Source of the DNA: Euglena gracilis
Lineage: Eukaryota
Length of the DNA stretch: 64,000 nt
Assembly (NCBI GenBank): GCA_039621445.1
Contig: CP154954.1
Coordinates: forward strand, 5,681,919 to 5,745,918
Direction: 5' to 3'
In this document: positions 12,401 to 23,199 of the stretch, in pieces
Numbering within the stretch: the first letter of the stretch is position 1
How the letters are laid out: every line of letters begins with the position of its first letter
The notes under the pieces: generated by a model
What the model was told of the DNA's origin: nothing
Databases searched by the model: none
The model's input: the letters and a program-made list of their open reading frames with translations, nothing else
Position numbers and translations under genes: made by a program

Positions 12401-13641
12401 GCCTGGACAGTGCCAGCAAACTGGAACTACAACGCAGACAGGAACGCGGTGAGAAAATAAAATACCAGGAATTTTGGAACTGGATGTGTCAGAAATACGG
12501 TGGAGACACACAATCAGCCATCAAAGACGAACTGAAAAACCTGAGACCAAAAACGGAAGGAAAACTGACTCTGGAAGCGTGGAGGGAGTTTGAAGCCCAT
12601 TTCAAACTCCTCTACAGCAGGCTGGAAAATCCATCAGAGGAAGACGCTTACAACCTGGTGGCTGAAAAAAATGCCTGAAACACAACGCAGAAGCTGCATC
12701 AGGGAACAGGACCGCAGAAATCAGGACAGACCAACACTGAAACTGAAAGGGGTCACGAACATTGCAAACGTACCCGATGCAACAACGGAAGAAGTTCGTG
12801 ACCTGGTGGCAGCAACTGTGGGTACAGGTGAAAATTTTCAGGTGGCGCGGGACGGACAAAACTTCAGGATCCAACTGCACAGCAGCAGAGCTGCTGAACT
12901 GCTCCTGATGAAAACGGTTCAACGCTGCTGACTGGACATAAACCCCACTTCACACAGGTGCAAGCAAGACTGACTCTGGATTGACTGTTCCAACGTGTGG
13001 AACCCGAACTCAGGTGCCAACAACAGTCAGACTCCCTGGGTAGGGGGTACAACGGCTGGCAGAACCAACCTCGTGAAAACAGATCACGGTCGATGGACCG
13101 CAGGGGTTACGTCAGGGAAGTAAAGGAGGAGGAGAAAACAAAATCCAGAAGTCGGACACCACCTTCCAGATCCCGACCCAACTCCCCTGGACCTCGAACC
13201 CCAACACCCGAAAAACCCAGACCCCCTTCTCCACGCCAGCAGGTGCCCATGGCAGTTTCAGAACAGCCTGGCCAGGGACGGTACACCAACTGGTCAGACT
13301 GGGGACAAAACGACTGGGGCAAAGGCAAAGGAAAGGGGAAAGGTCAAAACTGGGGTTCAACCCAAAACTGGAACCAGAACCAGAACTGGAATCAGAATTA
13401 CGGCAAAGGCTACGATTCAGGAAAGGGATACAACTCTGGTAAAGGATATGATTCTGGGAAGGGGAGCGGGAAAGGAAAAGGCAAAGGGCAGCCACAGCCA
13501 CAGCCAGCAGCAACGAAAACTGAACCGCAGCCTCAGCAAACCAACTCACAGGAGCCAGCCAACCAGCCACAGGGACAGCCAAAGGCAGAAGCATCTTCCA
13601 GCAATCGCTGGCAACCAGTTCAAAACCCAGAACGGAAGTGA
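9447..13641 (+). pseudogene. Family B gag (long coiled-coil N-terminus plus capsid-like region), frameshifted
   Basis: ORFs 9447-11855, 11617-12678, 12590-12931 and 12997-13641; TKDLVRPTLQGNFADFAVKF and LELQRRQERGEKIKYQEFWNW match C gag (TKDLVKPELKGDFHHFSVKF, LELQRRQEMGERVRFQDFWNW). Confidence 0.8.
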
Positions 13642-13848
13642 AGGGGCTGCGGCCTGAGGGTAGGGGACGAGAGGGGCGACTCTCTGCAGACACAACCGAA
13701 ACAACAAAACAAAACAAGGGAACCAGGTCCAGAGCCGCAGCGGTAATACACCCTGGGTAAGGGAGGTAAGAAAAAACCACAAAAGAAAAACATCCTGAAA
13801 AAAAAACGACTCCACAGCCCAGAACCGAAAAGGGAACAGGTCAGCTGC

Positions 13849-14003
13849 AGGTTCGGCAGAGCAGCTTCACGGTGGGTGTCTGAAAACTACCACGTGAAGG
13901 AAGAAAAAATGTCAGAAATTCTCTCACACTTCGGGGTCCAGCCCCAGCTGGACGCCTTTGCAACGGAAAAAAACAAAAGATTCCCGCAGTGGTGGGGATC
14001 TGG
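13849..14003 (+). pseudogene. N-terminal part of a Dam-like amino-methyltransferase (family B), truncated
   Basis: RFGRAASRWVSENYHVKEEKMSEILSHFGVQPQLDAFATEKNKRFPQWWG aligns with C: GFGRSPSRWISQDYHVREEYVRDVLRRLGVYPEVDAFSAKENRRFVRWWG. Confidence 0.85.
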
Positions 14004-15078
14004 TGTGGCATTGGACATGTCCCTACGCATTCTGCAATTAAGCCTGGCGCAAATGTCAGCGCGCGCAGGCACACTTTTTTTGTAAAAAATTCTGGTTGTT
14101 TGCTTTGCAGGCAATCAGCGTACAACTTTGTCCATGTTTACCTCCAAGTCTGGTGCAAATGGGATTGCGTGCAGTGGAAGTTACAAGTTATAAGATTTTT
14201 TGAAGAAATACACTGTGAAGAAAAAGGGAGATTTTTTTGAGAAGCCCAGCCCCAGCAAAAGGGCAAGAGCCCTTTTTACACAAAGTTGAATGATTTTCGG
14301 GGGTGAGTGCGGGGGGAGTTGGCTCCAGAGGGATGCCCCACCCGACCTTTTTGAAGGTGGAGGTGAGAGTTGGCTCACGAGTTGATGCCCCCCCCCCCTT
14401 TGGAGAAGGGTGGAGGGGAGAGTTGGCTCACGAGTTGATGCCCCCCCCCCTGTCCAAGAGAGTGGTGGGGAGAGTTGGCTCACGAGTTGATGCCCCCCCC
14501 CCCCTGTGCAAGGGAGGTGGGGAGAGATGGCTCACGAGTTGATGCCCCACCCCCCCTGAGAAAGAAGTGGGGAGAGTTGGCTCACGAGTTGATGCCCCAC
14601 CCATGAGACAGAGGTGAGGGAGAGTGGCTCACGAGTTGATGCCCCCCCCCCCTGTTTGAGATTCGGTGGCACCGAGTTCGCCAAGTTGGGGTTGGGAGAG
14701 TTCGGCTCTTTCGAGATGCCCCCCCCCCCCCTGTGAAGGACAAGTCCAATGGCCAAGGGAGTCAAGTATGGAGACTGGGTCTCCTTTTGGGAAGGGGAGT
14801 GTGGCATTGGACATGTCCCTACGCATTCTGCAATTAAGCCTGGCGCAAATGTCAGCGCGCGCGCAGGCACACCTTTTTTGTAAAAAATTCTGGTTGTTTG
14901 CTTTGCAGGCAATCAGCGTACAACTTTGTCCATGTTTACCTCCAAGTCTGGTGCAAATGGGATTGCGTGCAGTGGAAGTTACAAGTTATAAGATTTTATG
15001 AAGAAATACACTGTGAAGAAAAAGGGAGATTTTTTTGAGAAGCCCAGCCCCAGCAAAAGGGCAAGAGCCCTTTTTACA
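14004..15078 (+). mobile_element. TRIM-S copy 2 (lacks the cargo ORF)
   Basis: LTRs 14004-14280 and 14800-15078; PPT GGGAAGGGGAG just before 14800; same repeat array; the 1.3-kb cargo is absent at a TCAT(T/A)CA(A) microhomology. Confidence 0.9.
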
Positions 15079-15080
15079 AC

Positions 15081-16512
15081 ATGTTGCATGCGCGACATAC
15101 CCCCACACCGGAGAGTCCCCGTATTACGGGTGACCAACAGGGTTTGCGACCGGATTTGCGGTACCAGGATTCACCTTCACCAGAAATTTCGCGATTCCTA
15201 CAGGAATCCGGAAAGGATACGCTTGGTGCTCGAGCGTACCCAGGCCCAAAACCGCGGAATACCACCGATGGTCATTTCGTTTCTCAGAAAGAATTCAAGG
15301 GCACCATCACAATCGCGAATAAGGTGAAACCCCAGTGGGATGGTGATCCAACCACATGGAGACAGTTTTTCCGGGACTGGGAATACTACTGGGCATTGAA
15401 AGGGCCAACCCAGGACACAAACCTGGAGGTGATCAAGATGGAATTCATCGATTGCCTCCCTAGGGATGAGAAGGAGCGCGCGCGACAACTTGTTATTCGC
15501 TACCGCGTTTCCTTTGATGACCTGGTAGAGCAATACGCTTCCACAAGTTCAACTTTGGTCGCTGGGATTACCCTGGAGACCAAGTGGCGGCAATGCGCCC
15601 CACCCGATCGGAAGTGGAAGTCCATTGACCTTTGGTATGCCAAACGGTTAGGACTTGCCGCTGAAGTGGATGAACTGAGTGAAAAGCAAATGCGCGAACA
15701 GTTTTACGCTGCTCTCATGCGTTTTACGCCTAGCCTCATCAAGGATATCCACCGTGAGGAGTTGGCGAGTCATCCAATGACTCTTGACCAACGCTGGAAT
15801 TACGTTTCCAAGCAATTGAAGCTATCACAGCTTCTTGGTCAGATTCAGTCCGCGTATAACACACACCCAACCGCTGGATTACCGGCTGGTTCGGTGAATG
15901 CATTGCAAAAATCACCTGTTTTACCCACTTCACCCACCACGGGACCGAAAACGCGATACCCGCGTTCTTCGGACCAATCCACGGATAAAGTGTGCTTTTT
16001 GTGCAACAAATCGGGACATATGTCTCGGGAATGTCCTAATCCAGAAGAGCGAAAGCGTATTCAGAGTCCGCGAGGCTCGACCTCATCACGAGGTTCGGGA
16101 TCTTCCGCATTTTCACGCCAATCGGGCAATTCACGGTCATCGGGTCACCGTTTCGGTGGTAGTAGCCGCCGGATCCCGTTCTGCGACGAGCGGAAACACG
16201 GTACCCCTCGGGGTAGGTCACCCGGTGCCCCGTCCAAGAAGATTGATTTTTATCGCGAGACATCGCGATCGCGTTAGCGAAGCGTATCATCCTCTTCGCG
16301 ATCCTCATCGGGAAAACCCCGATACACCGGTCATGGTCGACGGGATACCCGCTCAACACGGCGGTTTGACGGGAAATCGGGATACCGATCCCCCCGTTAC
16401 ACAGAATCGCGACACAAATCCCGGTGTTCTTTTTGTGGATCGAGTGATCACCACTCACCCAAATGTCCGCGTTCTCGTTCCCCCCGCCCTGGTCAACGTC
16501 ATCGCGGTATGA
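15081..16512 (+). pseudogene. A1 gag with two CCHC zinc knuckles
   Basis: WDGDPTTWRQFFRDWE capsid-like motif; CFLCNKSGHMSREC; second knuckle CSFCGSSDHHSPKC near 16425. Confidence 0.85.
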
Positions 16513-16961
16513 ATCGCGGTGACAAGGGTCAACCCTCCAACCGCCATAAAGTCGGTTTCAAGATATCTTGTTTGGAGGATGACACCCCGGCTTCGGGCAG
16601 GGAGGGTGATGAGACCACGGATACTGATTTCGACGAGGCCCGCATGGCGGTGCGCACGTTGAAATCCGTTTATACCTCTAAAAGGCCCATAGCCGGCTAT
16701 TCGGCCGGTTCGGACCTGGAGTAGGGGAGCCCGAGGTCCGAGGGCACGGACCTCTGGGCTGATGAACAGATGGAGGTAGGACCTGATCAACCCTGCCCCC
16801 CCTGCCCATCTGCCTTTCTGGTCGGTACCCATAAAATTTTCGGATCCCCCACCCCCCACTCCAACTTTCCGCTCGGAATGTTGTGCAAAGTAGGAAAGGG
16901 ATCATGGGAAAGCTGTCAAGAAAACGTATTTTCGCCAGACCCTTCACTTTGCTTACCACTC

Positions 16962-17387
16962 ATGGAACTTTTGGTCCAAGCGGAAATCAAAATCCAAAAT
17001 TTTTGTGCAAAAGTCAAAATGATCATTGACACTGGTTGTCGCATTGCACTACTTTTTCGGTTCGGGTTGATACCAACCCCCCTCTTGGTGCAAGCCAAGA
17101 AGCCGATCAAAATTACGACGGCTGACAACACCCCCATGTGCCGTGGTGACTTGGGATGCTTTTTGGACATTGTCCTACCCCTCATCCCCAAGCACCACTC
17201 ACACCCCCCCCAACCGCAAAATTTTCCGGATACCTGGGGATACGAATCCGGAATCCACGGTTCGGACGTAATTCTGGGATACCCCTTTTTACGTCAGCAC
17301 CGGCTGGTAGTGGATTGCCACTCCCACGGTTTGCGCACATCACCATTCTCTTCATTGCCCCCCAAACCTTCAGCACCTGTGGCGTAA
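16962..17387 (+). pseudogene. A1 aspartic protease
   Basis: MIIDTGCRIALL catalytic motif and DVILGYPFL flap-side motif. Confidence 0.85.
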
Positions 17388-18169
17388 ACCGCGACGACCA
17401 CCAATTTTTCCACACCGTTTTCGAAAAATTTTACCCCGTTACCAACCACACTAACCAACGTTTTCCATTCCGGGTGTACCGAGAAAGTTCACCCCCTGCC
17501 CATTGACACACCAACTTCCGTTCCCATGAGGCAGGGCAAGCGAGTAGCGGTACCCCCCTCGTTTCACTGGGTTACAAGACGATAGCCCAAAGGCCTGAAG
17601 TGATCACGGTGTCGAGTAGTCACCCAGCTGCACCAATACCCCGTTTTCCACCAGATGTATCGCTGTCAGATACATCTGTACACCCCCCAGCAGCTTCAAA
17701 AGCGCATCCCAACTTTTACACACACCCTCACCAGACCAACATGTGCGACCAGGACCACTACTCTGACACTTCCTTCCAATGTGTGCACTGTAGGAGAATT
17801 TCCGCTCAGCCAGCTTTCGATTGTGGATGCCTAGTCCAAACACCAACGTTTCGCGTAACCATACACTTGGTTGCGGATCGCAATGCGCGACCGTACATCA
17901 AGTGCTCCAACAACGAGGTATTGCCTTGTTGTTTGGGACCGCGAAATCCGTGTCACACACCTCCCCCACCTCCATCTGGCACGATATGGACTGGGTATGC
18001 ACCCATCCAACCCATCAACCTTGGGAATGCCCCTAGGGAGTGTGGATGACACACCCTTGACCTATGTTTACGGATCCCTGAATTGTGTTACCGCTCTTCA
18101 ACCCGCGAACCAGGTCGACACCTACGCGATGCGTGTATGGAACGCATTTAATTTTGGGTCAATACCGTA

Positions 18170-18570
18170 TTTTGGAGGAATGGTTCTCCAAGATCGCGGC
18201 TTTGGCTGATTCCTTCGATTTGTCGTTGGAAAATGATGCGTTTTCATCAAAAGCGCATGTGCGCTTGTCGCGATATTGGTCGCGACATTCCAACGCATGT
18301 TAAATTTCGGGTGATACGGTGCTCTGGATGCACCCTCCCCCAAAACTTATCCCGGATGTGGTGGAGAAAATCCTTCGCGATGAAGCGCGAGGAGCTCTCC
18401 TCATACCCGTCAATCCGAATGCAGATTGGTTTCACCAATTATCCTATGTGTGTTTTCATTGGTGGGACTTACCCGCTGATGCACCACTATTTGAGGATTT
18501 TTGTGGTATATTATTACCACCTGTTAAAGAAATCATTTTTCGCGTTTGTTTCTTCGACGCATTCGGAATA
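18170..18570 (+). pseudogene. A1 Dam-like methyltransferase-like domain between PR and RT (HPPP in place of NPPY/W)
   Basis: DAFSSKAHVRLSRYWS...LWMHPPPKLIPDVVEKILRDEARGALLIPVNPNADWF parallels DAFSAKENRRFVRWW...LWINPPYKKIQEVLEKIRRDQAHAILVIPRWPGRRWY. Confidence 0.75.
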
Positions 18571-18739
18571 TTCGATTTGCGTGTGCCAAGATACCTTGGT
18601 ACCAATGGGGATGCCACACCCTCAACGCAGACTTCTGCGGTCATTGAGAGTGCGGACCAACGCCCCAAGTCTGCTGACTACTGTTCGCGAATTACTCGCG
18701 ACTTCCATGGTGTACTGGATAACCCAGTTTACGCCTGCG

Positions 18740-20095
18740 ACAACCCCCGCGATTCGCGGTCCGTTCGGTGTTTGCAAAATCGAGCTCAAGGATGGCGCTA
18801 AGCCCATGCACCGGAAATTCTTCCGTTGTTCGGGTGAACGCGAACAAGCTCCCAACGAGATGATTGAGAAGCTCATCCAGCGGAAGTGGATTATCTCTTC
18901 TAAGAGCGAATGGACATCACAAGCCTTTGTGGTGCCCAAACCAGCTGACCAGTCTGGTCAGAAGAAGTGGAGACTGGTGCTGGATTACCGGTACCTGAAC
19001 TCCCAAACGAAGGATGACCCCTTCCCGTTACCGCTTATCGAGGATTTGATCACGAGACAATCGGATAACCGGTTGTGGTCAATCTTTGATCTGGAGGACG
19101 GTTTCCATCAGATGCACTTGCATACTGATTCGCAACCGTACACGGCATTCGTGACATCCAACGGTGTGTACCAACGGACGGTACTCCCCATGGGTGTTAA
19201 GAATGGCCCAGCCATGTTTCAGCGCATGATCCAGTGGGTTTTTGCGCGATTTACCGTTTGCTCTGGTCTACATCGATGATGTACTGGTGGGAACCGAACC
19301 GCCATCCGCGAAATCGGGCGAGGATGTCCTCGAACCGCATTATCGCGATGTGCGGGCGGTATTATCCGCGTTCAAAAAGCATTTGCTTTTTGTGAAGGGT
19401 TCCAAAATGCACCTGTTTCGCAGAATTATTAAGTTTTGCGGGCACGTCCTGAGCAACGGGCAGCGTGAAGCCGCACCCAGCAAGATGGAGGCCATTAAGA
19501 AATGGACTCCTGAGGTAATTAGGAACTTAAAATCGCGGTACCCCTAACCCGACAACTCAAAAATCGGACACCCGATAACGCAAAAGTCATTTGGGATGAC
19601 CAAATGCGCGAGGCCTTGAATAAAATCAAGGACTTGCTCCTCGAGAACGTGGTTCTCGATATCGCGGATCCATACAAGCTGTATGTCCTGGAAGTCGACA
19701 GCAGAGATTACGCTGTTGGCGTGGTTCTTAGCCAGCATAATGCGGCGAATGAACTCCGACCTGTGGCTTTCTTTAGCAGGAAGCTGGAGGGCGACAACGG
19801 GAAAGGACAGGTTAAATGGAGCATTCACGAAAAGGAGACGTATGCCATTGTGCTTATTCTCCAGCAATTCCGCAGCTGGATCGCCAGCAGCTTGGTCCAG
19901 ATACTCGTGTTGACGATGAGAGCCTTCAAAACTGGTATACCGAGGACCTGGTATACCTAAACAAGGTCATGTCATCAGTGGGCAGAAGGTGCCGATGGCC
20001 TGAGTTCTTGAGCCAGTTTAACCTGGTGGTTATCCATACCCCAGGTCACACACAAAACGTTGCGGATCCTCTCAGCCGAGCCCCCTGGTATTATC
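18740..20095 (+). pseudogene. A1 reverse transcriptase plus RNase H
   Basis: KWRLVLDYRYLN, FDLEDGFHQM, LPMGVKNGPAMFQ, VYIDD; RH EVDSRDYAVGVVLSQ, FFSRKL, EKETYAI, NVADPLSR. Confidence 0.95.
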
Positions 20096-20419
20096 CTTGG
20101 AACCCGGATGAGGGTGATGCGACTTTTCATGGCAGCCATGAGGCTGACCAGTTCGCACGTCGATCCGACGCTGCGGACAACATGCTCGATTCCCTACCCG
20201 TTTCCCGGGTATATCGCAGCATCGCCATTTCACCATTGCGTGGAAGGCGCCGGCGTGGACGCACTGCCGGACCCCGTCGCATTACGCGTACGGAAACTCC
20301 TACCCCCCTATTTTTCCGCGAATGGGATTATTCGCGTGACCCTATATGTAGTACCATTGTGAATAGACTTCGTAATGGTGAATCCATAGAGAATTACTCT
20401 CTATCACCATTGCGGCTTA

Positions 20420-21776
20420 TTTTACGGAATGATTCTGGTTATTAATATTGTATACCCCAAGACCAGGTTGATGATGGGATTTTGAGCTATCGCAACCGTG
20501 GTCACCCTGGGGCCCCCAAACTTCTTTCACTGGTGGGCCGCAAGTATTGTACAACCCTGAGTGAAAAAGATTTATATTCGCGCTGTTTGCGAATTTCGCA
20601 ACGGTGCCAAATTTGCCAGGCTGTGAAACCGCGCAGAGGTACCCCCCCTGGTACGATGGACTTTTTCCCTGTACCACCAGACATTTTTACGTCCCTCTGC
20701 ATGGATTTTCTCGAACTTGAACCTTGCAAAGGATCAGATGGCAAAATTTACGATTACGTTTTTTTTGTCGTCTGTCGGCTGAGTGGGTACATAGTAGCCA
20801 TTCCATGCCGGAAAGCAGGGTTACAGCCCAAATTTTGGCATCCATATTCCTGGAGAAATGTATCTGCTTAATGGGCTTACAGAACGAAATCGTGAGTGAT
20901 CAAGATCAATTGATCTCTTCGCGGTTTTTCACAACTTTGTGCGGTTTACTCGGCATTGAGCAGCATTTTTCCATTATATACCGCCCGAAAGGCAATGATA
21001 GAGCCGAGGCAGCCCTGAAATCCGTTGTCAATATGCTTCGCCTTTCACTGGCTGACTCGGGTAAGAATTGTTTATCCGTTCTTCATTGGTGTTTATTTTA
21101 CATCAATACCTTGCCATCGTTGGTATCACCACACTCACCGTACAAAATTGTTTTCGGACGAGACCCTCCGGCAATAGGGGATATCCCCTCGGAGAAACCT
21201 GCCCGAAGTAGCGTCAGGTGTGAAACGTGGTTTGCGGAAGTGGAATCACTCCGCTCTGCAGTCCAATCACGTAACACAAAAATTCATTCCAACAAACGGA
21301 AATCGTTTTTACAAAACTTAAACACACCTGTGTATAGTCCAGGTGACCGCGTGTGGGTACGGAATAACCGCACCCGCATGCAATCTTCCAAGCTAGATCC
21401 TCTTTGGCTCGGCCCATGCGAAATATTGGAGAGGTTAGGTAGTAGCGGGCGATATAAAGTTGCCTTGCCCAAGGGGATTGAGGACGTCCATATGGACGAC
21501 TTCAAGCCGTACCTAAGCACCCCGGACGGAAAGGCTATCCCCTGCCTATATTTCAAGCCCCGTTCCAGACTACCTGAAACGGACGACTTTGGGGTCGATA
21601 GGATAATCCACCACAAGATCGACAGGGGTGTGCAATACTGGAAAGTTCGCTGGAAAGGGTATGGGCCAGAGGAGGACACTTGGGAGCCAGCATCCAGTGT
21701 TGTTGGATATATCCAGCAGGATTGGAAGCTGTGTAACAAGCGCAATAACATAGACATAAACATAAACACTTTCTGA
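20420..21776 (+). pseudogene. A1 integrase plus chromodomain
   Basis: GHPG...CQICQ, MDF, IVSDQD, GNDRAE, LWLGPCEI, chromodomain FGVDRII...YWKVRWKGYGPEEDTWEP. Confidence 0.95.
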
Positions 21777-21999
21777 AACTATTTCGGTTTGTGAGAATGT
21801 GTGTGTTATGTGAATGTTCCGCGTTTATACCCCCCCTGCACTTCATCTTCTGTCTTTCTCACAGAGTTTTTGATTAAGATAGAAGCCTTCTTTTTTACGT
21901 GCGCCAGCACTCAAACCGAATGACAACAAGGTTTCCCTTCGTTGCTGTCGTCGTTCGGGTAGCATCATACTGCCTGGGCGCGGACCCGGACCAGGTCCA

Positions 22000-22974
22000 C
22001 CATGGCCGCAGCCTTCTGGCGTGCCATACCTCCAGTACACTCTGGATGCTGAGGCCCCGATTCCGGGTGCCCACGTGCTGAGAGGGATTCAGCCCCGGTA
22101 TTCGCCGCGGCTACCAGTAGCCGGTCCGCATATGCGGTACCAGATCCATCTGCCGTCCAGCAGCCGGCACCCCAGCCACCAGTCCAGCGCAGATTGCGTC
22201 TGCCCCCGTATGCGGGAGAGATGATCCTCCGCACTACGGAGACGTTGGAGCAGGCAATGCGTATGTGCGCACACCCCCCAACGGAGCCCTTTATGCAAGC
22301 CCTTTGGGATGCATACTGTGCTCAGTTGCTGGTGGTAGCCAACATGCCTGTGGCTCAGTGGTGTCCCTGTGGTCAAGCCCTGATGACGGGGAGACGGTAT
22401 TTCTCGTCGGCATCCGATTCAGGATTCGAGCCTGGCGAGACAGTGATGGACCTGGGCGTGTATGTGCCGCCCATGCTGCAAACGCAGACGCCGGTGAGGT
22501 CCCACACCGTGCATATGCGTGAGCACACGCCCCCACCGGTAGGTGAGGCTGTGCATGTCCCACCTGGGATGACGAGAATTTTTGCTCGCCCGCCCTCGCC
22601 GCAGCGAATGCCGCCGTGTGAGCCGCCAGCGGAGCAATTTGTCTCGCAGTGCGACGCACGCGGATTACCCGCGCGGCGCACGCGTGCTCCCAGCCGGACA
22701 GTCGGACGTGCCCCCTGAGGCATACGTCCAACGCATGTTCATGCACTGGATGCTACAAGCATCACCAGTCGCCCCTGCCCATGGCGTTGAGCCACGGCGG
22801 CAGGTGGAGCCCATAGTGGTGGAGGATGAACCTCCACACCGTGCGGCAGCCCGACCGCCCAGTGCACCTCCTGTCCAGACCGGGGATATCCCCTGTCGGC
22901 AGGAGGCTCCCTACTACCACATGGCACCTCCGGGAACCGAGCAGGATGAGCTTGCTCGGCACTTCCTGCAGTAG
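22000..22974 (+). pseudogene. A1 extra ORF3 (unknown function)
   Basis: ORF 22194-22718 and frameshifted flanks; homologous to ORF3 of A0. Confidence 0.6.
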
Positions 22975-23199
22975 CCAGTATTCACGTCTGAAGAGCACCG
23001 GACGAGGTATTACGCCTCTCTGGCTGCCATTCAGGGCCGTGGATACACCCCGTACCATCCGTACCAGCCTCAGCTGCGGGTGGTAACCCCGGTATTACCC
23101 GGTGAGCCCCTGGCAGGTGTGGCAGTATTACCTGCCACCCTGAAGCACGACAGGACTACGGAGACCCTTACCCCACAGCCCAGGCGACCCAGCCCACGG

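Larger units (their letters stand above)
9093..14003 (+). mobile_element. Gypsy-like family B element, 5' half (LTR ~9093-9315, gag, start of MTase), cut by TRIM-S
   Basis: Begins TGTGAG exactly where homology to family A stops; ...TTACA followed by PBS-like TGGTGCTGG; gag homologous to element C. Confidence 0.75.
15079..23190 (+). mobile_element. Gypsy/chromovirus family A copy A1 (gag-PR-MTase-like-RT-RH-INT-chromodomain-ORF3), decayed
   Basis: Domain order PR-RT-RH-INT is diagnostic of Ty3/Gypsy; many frameshifts; no 3' LTR seen. Confidence 0.9.
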
